In this document: positions 25,545 to 32,000 of the stretch, piece by piece
Layout of the letters: each line of letters starts with the position of its first letter
How positions within the stretch are numbered: position 1 is the first letter of the stretch
From: Thermofilum pendens Hrk 5
GTDB lineage: Archaea > Thermoproteota > Thermoprotei > Thermofilales > Thermofilaceae
Assembly (NCBI RefSeq): GCF_000015225.1
Contig: NC_008698.1
Span: forward strand, 270,001 to 302,000
Length of the DNA stretch: 32,000 nucleotides
Direction: 5' to 3'
Translations under genes and position numbers: made by a program
The notes under the pieces: model-generated
What the model saw: the letters and a program-made list of their open reading frames with translations, nothing else
What the model was told of the DNA's origin: nothing
The model's database searches: none

Positions 25545-26237
25545 ATGAAGAGCCTTGTAAGGGCTGAAGGTATGACGAGTCGAACCCCGCTGAGCAATTG
25601 CCGGGTAGATGTTTACATAGAAGTCCTAGAGCCATTTATAAGCAAGTGGATGTTCATAGAGTTGAAACACATTGCGACAGTTTTAGAGCCCAAATGCATT
25701 CACGTTTTCAATGTAAAGAGAGACTGCGAGATAGACGTTCTCAAAAAGGTTTTTGGAGAAGTGAGACATGAAAGCGTAACCGAAGAGTTACGCCTCGCGG
25801 AAACCTACGACACCGTGATAATCCTGGACCCCTCGGCGCCGACGCCTCTATCCCCGGAGGATTTCCGCGGTAAAACGGCCGTAGTTATCGGCGGCATTAT
25901 GGGCTCACACCCCCCTAGGCGCAGAACGAGGGAGGAGTTGACGAGTAAAATGAGAATTGGAGCCGCGAGGAATATCGGGGACGGACAGTTCACCATAGAC
26001 GGGGCCGCGTACGTAGCCCTAGAGGTCTCCCGCGGGAGGAGGCTAGATGAAATCCCTGTCCAGCGGGGCTTGTCTCTCTCCCTGAAGGAGGGGATCGAAG
26101 TCGTGCTCCCGTACGTCTACCCGCTTGTGGGCGGCGTTCCCTTTATTTCGAAGGAGGAGGAGCTCTACATACTAACAGAACTCGAAGAGGATGAATCCTC
26201 CTTCATATCCGAGGGTAGAGCTCCGAGCATCTGCTAA
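25545..26237 (+). CDS. Sfm1-like SPOUT-family SAM-dependent methyltransferase (DUF431 type)
   Basis: VVIGGIMGSHPPRRRTREELTSKMRIGAARNIGDGQFTIDGAAYVA parallels yeast Sfm1 FVFGGILGDHPPRDRTKEL...RRLGDKQMTTDTA, and the N-terminal IEVLEPFISKWMFIELKHI parallels IEHMEEGFSEWVILEYSQI (both recalled from memory). The start is more likely ATG 25572. Confidence 0.78.
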   Translation: MKSLVRAEGMTSRTPLSNCRVDVYIEVLEPFISKWMFIELKHIATVLEPKCIHVFNVKRDCEIDVLKKVFGEVRHESVTEELRLAETYDTVIILDPSAPTPLSPEDFRGKTAVVIGGIMGSHPPRRRTREELTSKMRIGAARNIGDGQFTIDGAAYVALEVSRGRRLDEIPVQRGLSLSLKEGIEVVLPYVYPLVGGVPFISKEEELYILTELEEDESSFISEGRAPSIC

Positions 26238-26261
26238 GCTCTGAGGCGATAGAGACGCCTG

Positions 26262-27656
26262 TTACTCGCTCTTCACTCTCTCCACGGAGACTAGATCCGT
26301 TGAGCCGCGCCTCCTCCCGGAGGTAAACACCACGAGGTCTCCTAGGTTCACCAAGTTATGTTCCAGGGCTTTTGACAGCATCTTCGAGAATAGGTTCTGG
26401 TCGGCTTTTGAGAGGCTCGGGTCGTAGACTACCCTTACGCCGTAGATCATGTTGACGTAGCGGGCAGTGGCCGGATCGTTCGTGAACACTATGAGCCCAG
26501 CTTTGGGCCTGAACTTCGAGATGCGGCGCGCAGTGTTGCCTTTCTCGCTGAAGGCGATTATCTTCCCAGATATTACCTCCGCGAGCGAGACGACTCCCTT
26601 CGCTATCGACTCGTAGAGATCGCTTTTATCTGGAGCCACGTCCTCGACCTCCAAAGGTTCTCTCTCAGCCTCCTCTACTATCCTCCTCAACCAGTAAACG
26701 GACTCCACGGGATACTTCCCGGCTGCGGTCTCGCCTGCTAGTAGCAAGGCATCGGCACCCATCCTGACTGCCGTGATAACGTCTACAACCTCGCTTCTTG
26801 TAGGCAACGGGTTGCTGATCATCGACTCGAGAAGTTGGGTAGCGACGATGCTGGGCTTGCCGAATCTCCGGGCCCTCGAGATTATGTAGCGCTGAATGGA
26901 GTAGATCTCCTCCAACCCGTAGAAGTTGGCTAGGTCTCCGCGGGCGACTAAAGCAGCGTCGCTTTTCTGCAGGATAGAGTCCAAGTCTTCGACGGCGCTT
27001 TTAGTCTCTATCTTCGCGATTATCTTTACGTCCTCGGCGCCGTAGTCGAACAGGATGTCTCTCAGGCGCTGGACATCGCTGGAGCTCCTTACAAAGCTCA
27101 GAGCTATCGCGTCGAACCCCGCCTTTACGGAGAACTCGATGTCTCTGAGGTCTTTCTCGGTTATCGTGGGAAGCGGGATATCCTTTCCCCGGACGGTCAC
27201 AGTTTTCCGGGGTTTGACCTCTCCCTCGAGCAACGCTTCCCCAACCGCTTTTTCAGGTCCAGCGTCCACTATTCTGAACGCTAGCCTTCCACCCTCCACG
27301 AGGACTTCGTCCCCTTCTCTGACTATCTCAAAGAATACACCGTTGGGTACAGGTACCGCGTACTTCTCCTCAGTTTTACTAGAAAGTGTAAAGGTTACCC
27401 TATCTCCAGGCCTGACCTGAAACGGGGCGAACTCTCCAAGCCTGATGACGGGTCCCTGAAGGTCAGCTATCAAGGTCAAGGGCCTAAGAGGGGTCTCCAA
27501 CCTTCTCACTTGCTTGGCCAGCTCTTCGAACCTGGCGTAGTCCACGTGGGAGAAGTTCAGCCTGAAGGCGTTGACCCCCTCTGCGACCATCCTCTTCATC
27601 GTCTCCTCTGACCAAGACGAAGGACCCAGCGTCGCTACTAGCTTGACTTTTGCCAT
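26262..27656 (-). CDS. pyk: Pyruvate kinase
   Basis: 464 aa. Contains KLVATLGPSS...FRLNFSH...ARGDLANFYGLEEIYSIQRYII...KPSIVATQLLESM...MGADALLLAGETAAGKYP. TATA-like CTTAATTT lies about 25 nt upstream of ATG 27656. Confidence 0.93.
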   Translation of the reverse strand: MAKVKLVATLGPSSWSEETMKRMVAEGVNAFRLNFSHVDYARFEELAKQVRRLETPLRPLTLIADLQGPVIRLGEFAPFQVRPGDRVTFTLSSKTEEKYAVPVPNGVFFEIVREGDEVLVEGGRLAFRIVDAGPEKAVGEALLEGEVKPRKTVTVRGKDIPLPTITEKDLRDIEFSVKAGFDAIALSFVRSSSDVQRLRDILFDYGAEDVKIIAKIETKSAVEDLDSILQKSDAALVARGDLANFYGLEEIYSIQRYIISRARRFGKPSIVATQLLESMISNPLPTRSEVVDVITAVRMGADALLLAGETAAGKYPVESVYWLRRIVEEAEREPLEVEDVAPDKSDLYESIAKGVVSLAEVISGKIIAFSEKGNTARRISKFRPKAGLIVFTNDPATARYVNMIYGVRVVYDPSLSKADQNLFSKMLSKALEHNLVNLGDLVVFTSGRRRGSTDLVSVERVKSE

Positions 27657-27749
27657 AAAAGCACTACGCGTCCATCCAAATTAAGGTTTTACGTGCGAGT
27701 TTCTGCGCTACGGCGAGGCGCTTGGAGAGCCTTCCCGCGTTGGCTCCAC

Positions 27750-30700
27750 CTATTCGCGTACTTGCATCATTTTCTCTAAGGCTTTTTGACCAGCCTGGCT
27801 GTTGAAGATGAGCCATAAGAGGTAGATGACCCTAACGTTTTCGTCGATGAACCTCCTGGAGGCTTCGTCGAGGAATTTCATGGAGGGTAGCCGCTTTGGG
27901 CTCCTCCCAGGCGTTCTTAGCCTCGAGTAAAAACCGGCTAGCTCTAGTTCTAGATCTCCTAGGTCTACCGTCTTTTCGATACCTAGCGAGCTTAACGCGT
28001 CCTTACTCAGTAGCTGTTTAGCCGTGGATAACGGTAGCTGAAGACCCGTTTTCTCTTCGACAACTTTCTTCACGTCGATAACTGCGCCCAGCTGGAGTAG
28101 GCCGGCGAGGGTGGCCGCATGGTAGGTTAACCCCGCTGCGTGCAGTTCTCCGCGGACTCTGTCCAAATCGTAAATGAGGACTCTGAAGCCATCGTTCACT
28201 AAGTTCATGAGTTTGTTGTTCAACTCGTCTCCGGGACCGCTTACCTTGTAGAACTCCTTCGTGAAAACCGAGACCGCGGACTCATCTCCATCGAATATTC
28301 CTACGTAGGCTTTCGACACCTCTCCACCCTCACGGATGGGTACGAGCAGTGTGTCCAGCGCTACCAGCTTCAGATGCCTGCCAGGCTTCGGAACAAACAT
28401 TTCTTCGCCATAAAACACAACCTTAATCCTCCTCTTCTGCAACACGTATTCGAGGAGCCTTTTGGTGAACGCCTTCGCTACCTCCCAGTCCCCCGAGAAT
28501 GAAAGCCACTCGCTGTAAGCTTCTTCGTCGCGCAGTAGGAGGTATATCTCTGCCAGCTCGGAAGGCTTGTAGTCGTCTATCTCCCTGTATACCTTGAACC
28601 AGTCCATCTTCTCGATGAAGCCCGCGCACTCCTCCTCCCATATTACGACTGTTTTCCTGCCGCCCAGCGCCGAGAATGAGAAGGAAAACGTATGTAGCGG
28701 CATGTTGTAGCGTTCCCTCAGAAAGACCGATAGGAAAGCAGCCCCGAGCCTTATGTTCTTCAGCTCGTCGCCGGGGTTCAGCTCGTAGAGCTCGCCGTAC
28801 GTGAAGTCGCTGTACCTCCCGGCGACGAAGCCCGGAACCTCAATTGTCCTCTTCCTGCGGTAAATGAACGTCTTGCCGGAGAGGCTAAGCAGAGATCCTC
28901 GTTCGCTTTCAACGTGCCAAACCACCTTGTACGGGAGCTTTATGTACATGCCAAAGCCTCCAGTCGGCGGTATAACGTTGCTTATCGCCTCCGATCGAAC
29001 GCTCCCCTTCATGTAGTCCGAGTAGAGGCTGGGCTTTTCTCCCCACTGGAGCTTCGTCTTCTTGTACTCCTCCAGAGCATAAGCTATAGCGTCGTGCGCG
29101 TAAAGCACGCTCTCCCTTATAGGGGATACCTCTATCCTCCTTACTGCTCGCCCCCTGCTTCCACCCAGCAGGATCCCGGTAACCAACCCGTCGGAGGTAT
29201 AGTCGAAGCAGCCAACCTGGAACTTCTCCACGAGGTCAGAGAACGATACATCCTCAAGGTACTTCTCCCCGGACTCGTCCCTGTAAACCCTCTTGACGCC
29301 GAACGGGGGTGCATACTCGTAGAAGTTAATGTAGTACCATGCTTGTTCGCCCTTCTTGGTCAGCTCCCCGTTCTCAAGGAGCCCCAACCCTTCCAGGAAC
29401 TCCGCCTCCTCCTTGGAGAGGCTTCTGCCCGATTTCAGCTTGAAGATCAAGTAGAAGAGTAGAGAGTACTTGTTGTCCTTGTTTACCAGCGTTACCTCTA
29501 GCGGCGCGTTAACCCACTTCACAAAAAGGTCGACGCCCCTCGATAGGAGCTCGCGGTCCCACCTCGTGTGCGGTATGATTACAGACTCCGTGAACTCCTG
29601 CTCCAACCGTCTACCCTTCCTGCCTTCCTTCTGGTAGAATTCGCGAACCTCCTCCGGTAACCCAAGGTGAACAACGCGGACAACGTTACCTATGTCAATA
29701 CCCTGGCTCAGCGTTCTCGGCGAGAGTACTACGCGTACGGCTCCCTCCCTTATCTTCTCCTCTACCTCCCTCCTCTTCGACTTAGCGACGAGGTGGTGGT
29801 GAACAGCCACGCGCCCCGCTAACTCTTCTCCAACTCTGTGCCTGAGCTTTCGGTAAACCTCCTCCGCCTTGTTAATGCTACCCGTGAACACTATCGTGAC
29901 GCCGTCGTCGTAGAGGTAGTTCTCCAGTATCTCCACGGGGTCTACGCTCGGCGAGGGAGGATCCACACCCACAGCTCTCAGGGCTTCGAGCACCTTGTAG
30001 AGGTTGCGCTGAAAGTAGTCGAAGTCTTCTAGGGCCTTCCTGATGTCCTCGCCCGCGCCGGCGTTCAGTAACTCCTCGTAGTGTTCCCTGGCGAATTCCC
30101 AGAGTTTGTCCAGGTTCTTTCCGAGGACGAGGATGTACCTGTTTTCTCTCTTGAAAGGTTTCCCCTCCACCACGGCGCACTCCCTTCCGTTCATTCCCCG
30201 CATGATGTCGCAGAACTCCGAGGGGTTCGAAAGCCCGGCTGTGAGGACTGCGAACTGTAGGGTAGGGCGTAGCTCCGAGAGAATCTTCATAATCGAGACA
30301 AGCAGGGCTAGCTCTCTGGGGCTGTAGAAGTCGATCTCGTCTAGGACGAGAAGATCCAACTGCTGAAAAAAGCTGAAAAGAGTACAGGTGGACGGCTTTG
30401 TAGCTAGGCGTTTAAGGTCCATCAACAGGAAGGCGGGGTTCGTTACCACTATGTCAGACTCCGAGAGAGCAGACCTTATGCCCGAGGACTTTAAACCCTT
30501 CTCGAACATCTCGGACTTCGACGTAGCATCTATCTGGGAGACCCTTACCCCCAGGCTCTGCGAGTAGTCCTTCAGCCTCGCCAGCTGGTCAGAGGCTAGT
30601 GCCAGCGTAGGGTAGACTGCCAAGGCACGCTTCTTACTCTTCACCACGTACAGGAACCATGCCTCTGTTTTCCCGCTACCCGTACCGGCTTTCAGAACGA

Positions 30701-30908
30701 CGTTCTTCCCTTCGCTTAACGCCTTGAAGGCTTCTACCTGGTGCTTGTAGAGCTTTCTGCCCAACAAGGCTGCAAGCCTCCCCGAGGCTTTCTCAACGCC
30801 CAATATGTCCGCGAAGCTGACGTCCGCTGTCTCGGGCTCCGAGGGGGGCTCTCTAAACGCATAGTACCTGTAGCCCAGCTTTTGCAATATCTCCTCTGAG
30901 TTCAGCAT
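27750..30908 (-). CDS. Large SF2 helicase (YprA/MrfA/Hrq1-like motif set) with an uncharacterised C-terminal region of about 600 aa
   Basis: 1052 aa. Motifs: I AGTGSGKTEAW (aa 74-84), Ia VYPTLALASDQ, II LVLDEIDFY (DEID, aa 190-193), III LTAG, V LSPRTLSQGIDIGNV, VI YQKEGRKGRR (aa 425-434). An insert of about 100 aa lies between motifs III and IV. Residues from about 450 to 1052 have no motif I recognise and lack a four-Cys cluster. TATA-like GTTTAAGT lies about 29 nt upstream of ATG 30908. Confidence 0.9.
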   Translation of the reverse strand: MLNSEEILQKLGYRYYAFREPPSEPETADVSFADILGVEKASGRLAALLGRKLYKHQVEAFKALSEGKNVVLKAGTGSGKTEAWFLYVVKSKKRALAVYPTLALASDQLARLKDYSQSLGVRVSQIDATSKSEMFEKGLKSSGIRSALSESDIVVTNPAFLLMDLKRLATKPSTCTLFSFFQQLDLLVLDEIDFYSPRELALLVSIMKILSELRPTLQFAVLTAGLSNPSEFCDIMRGMNGRECAVVEGKPFKRENRYILVLGKNLDKLWEFAREHYEELLNAGAGEDIRKALEDFDYFQRNLYKVLEALRAVGVDPPSPSVDPVEILENYLYDDGVTIVFTGSINKAEEVYRKLRHRVGEELAGRVAVHHHLVAKSKRREVEEKIREGAVRVVLSPRTLSQGIDIGNVVRVVHLGLPEEVREFYQKEGRKGRRLEQEFTESVIIPHTRWDRELLSRGVDLFVKWVNAPLEVTLVNKDNKYSLLFYLIFKLKSGRSLSKEEAEFLEGLGLLENGELTKKGEQAWYYINFYEYAPPFGVKRVYRDESGEKYLEDVSFSDLVEKFQVGCFDYTSDGLVTGILLGGSRGRAVRRIEVSPIRESVLYAHDAIAYALEEYKKTKLQWGEKPSLYSDYMKGSVRSEAISNVIPPTGGFGMYIKLPYKVVWHVESERGSLLSLSGKTFIYRRKRTIEVPGFVAGRYSDFTYGELYELNPGDELKNIRLGAAFLSVFLRERYNMPLHTFSFSFSALGGRKTVVIWEEECAGFIEKMDWFKVYREIDDYKPSELAEIYLLLRDEEAYSEWLSFSGDWEVAKAFTKRLLEYVLQKRRIKVVFYGEEMFVPKPGRHLKLVALDTLLVPIREGGEVSKAYVGIFDGDESAVSVFTKEFYKVSGPGDELNNKLMNLVNDGFRVLIYDLDRVRGELHAAGLTYHAATLAGLLQLGAVIDVKKVVEEKTGLQLPLSTAKQLLSKDALSSLGIEKTVDLGDLELELAGFYSRLRTPGRSPKRLPSMKFLDEASRRFIDENVRVIYLLWLIFNSQAGQKALEKMMQVRE

Positions 30909-30932
30909 TACCGGTAAGACTACACGCTAGGC

Positions 30933-30963
30933 ACTTAAACCCTTTTGTACGTGAAGCTTATAT
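30933..30963. promoter_or_regulatory. Divergent promoter region: back-to-back TATA-like boxes for the helicase (-) and membrane protein (+) genes
   Basis: acttaaac (30933-30940) reads GTTTAAGT on the minus strand, about 29 nt from ATG 30908. cttatat (30957-30963) lies about 33 nt upstream of ATG 30993. Confidence 0.45.
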
Positions 30964-30992
30964 CGTCGTGTACACTAGCTAGCCGATGATAC

Positions 30993-31661
30993 ATGCATCC
31001 GCTACTGGCATGGCTGCTAAGCATAGCTAGAGGCGTGGGGGGCTACCTGGGCATATTCGTCATATCCATCCTGGGAAACCTCATCCCATTCATACCCATA
31101 CCGTACCTAGTAGCCGTTTACCTCTACGCCGCCTACGTGCCCGGCTCTAACCCGTTCCTCGTAGGCGTGGTGAGCGGTGTGGGAGCGGGCGTTGGAAAGC
31201 TCCTCGTTTACCTGTTCAGCCGGGGAGGGGCACGCCTGTTCATGAGCCAAGAGTCGAGAGAAAGGTTCGAGAAGATAGGGAAAATGCTCGGTAACTATGG
31301 AGCAATAGCGGTATTCCTATTCGCTGTAACGCCATCGCCGGACGATGCAATCATAATACCGCTGGGAATGATGGGGTACCATCCCTTGAAGTTCTTCGCA
31401 GCCGTTACGGCAGGCAAGATAATAATCAGCATAGCCACGGCATTCGCGGGGAAAGCGGTCTTCCAGCTAGCCGGGGAAAACTTCCTCGAAAGCCTAGCCA
31501 CTTCAATAGCGCTCTTCGTCGTAGTGATGCTTTTAATCTACCTTCTAGACTGGGAGGCCATACTGAGCGATCTTGGAAGCAAGGGGGCGAGAGGCTTTCT
31601 GGAAGACCTGCGCAGAGAAGGTTTCTCGAAATACATGAAGTACCGCACGAGCGCGCGCTAA
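30993..31661 (+). CDS. Polytopic membrane protein, DedA/VTT (SNARE-associated)-like
   Basis: 222 aa with five or six hydrophobic spans. GIFVISILGNLIPFIPIPYLVAV and FLFAVTPSPDDAIIIPLGMMG resemble the re-entrant-loop segments of DedA/VTT-domain proteins. The family assignment is tentative. Confidence 0.55.
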   Translation: MHPLLAWLLSIARGVGGYLGIFVISILGNLIPFIPIPYLVAVYLYAAYVPGSNPFLVGVVSGVGAGVGKLLVYLFSRGGARLFMSQESRERFEKIGKMLGNYGAIAVFLFAVTPSPDDAIIIPLGMMGYHPLKFFAAVTAGKIIISIATAFAGKAVFQLAGENFLESLATSIALFVVVMLLIYLLDWEAILSDLGSKGARGFLEDLRREGFSKYMKYRTSAR

Positions 31662-31702
31662 ACGGAAAAAACCTTATATGTAGAGCAACACGTGGCTTCG
31701 TT

Positions 31703-31951
31703 GTGACACACCAGGACTACAAGTACGAGCTCGAAGTGATCAAGCTCGAAAAGCCGATGAAGGTAGACGAGAAACTTCTAGAAGACCTGAAAAATGCGAG
31801 AATCTCGCGTAAAATGATCTCCGAGATGAAGAAAGAGGCCGTCCAGTGCCCGATTTTAGGGCGTCAGGTATCCTTCCTCCAGTGCTACAACTGTAAGAAC
31901 TTCGTTAGGAGAGTTCGCGGGCGCGTTTTCTGCAGGGGAGACCCCCTCTAG
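31703..31951 (+). CDS. Hypothetical 82-aa protein with a C-terminal four-Cys (zinc-ribbon-like) segment
   Basis: GTG start with TATA-like CCTTATATG about 26 nt upstream. The C-terminal half is CPILGRQVSFLQCYNCKNFVRRVRGRVFC (C-x11-C-x2-C-x12-C). No family recognised. Confidence 0.45.
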   Translation: MTHQDYKYELEVIKLEKPMKVDEKLLEDLKNARISRKMISEMKKEAVQCPILGRQVSFLQCYNCKNFVRRVRGRVFCRGDPL

Positions 31952-32000
31952 CGGAAAGTTTTTCGAGAAGCGAAGGCGGAGGGACTAGAGAAGCTCGAAG

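Noticed and set aside
28914-29462. 182-aa plus-strand ORF inside the helicase gene.
   Set aside because: It is fully antisense to a 1052-aa gene with clear helicase motifs. It has an R/L/V/P-rich shadow-ORF composition typical of GC-rich antisense frames and no independent start context.

Overview
Densely coding (roughly 90%) chromosomal window with the hallmarks of a hyperthermophilic crenarchaeon, probably Desulfurococcales/Pyrodictiaceae-like; that assignment is inferred from gene content and gene structure, not from a search. Typical features are TATA-like boxes about 25-35 nt upstream of starts, many apparently leaderless genes, GGTG-type Shine-Dalgarno sequences, frequent GTG/TTG starts and oligo-T terminators. 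I found no rRNA, tRNA, CRISPR array, transposase or integrase.

Most genes are housekeeping:
- Proteostasis: Cdc48/VCP, a long-type FKBP, proteasome beta subunit, and a two-thioredoxin-fold protein disulfide oxidoreductase.
- RNA metabolism: aCPSF1, an EndA-like non-catalytic subunit, a PUA protein, ThiI with a rhodanese domain, an Sfm1-like SPOUT methyltransferase, ValRS and ribosomal protein L35Ae.
- Molybdopterin biosynthesis: moaB, moaC, moaE and moaD.
- Central metabolism: prs, rpiA and pyk.
- Others: HypF and M20/M28 peptidases.

The unexplained material lies in two places.
1. A stretch at about 17.3-20.9 kb between rpl35ae and valS. It holds an unannotated 50-aa membrane mini-protein, an 86-aa protein built of six CX3C motifs on an 11-residue period, a 488-aa Trp/Arg/Ala-rich orphan with a divergent acidic 77-aa partner and an operator-like palindrome, and a YqfB-like ASCH domain fused to a LuxR-like HTH that sits 10 nt downstream of valS.
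2. A stand-alone 1052-aa SF2 helicase (27.7-30.9 kb). Its roughly 600-aa C-terminal region has no motif I can recognise.

Other notable observations are an exact 83-nt in-frame repeat between the D1 and D2 Walker A regions of cdc48, a genomically encoded C-terminal His8 tail on the disulfide oxidoreductase, and an HbYX-type (FYV) C-terminus on Cdc48. All functional calls come from reading the translated motifs by eye. No database search was possible.
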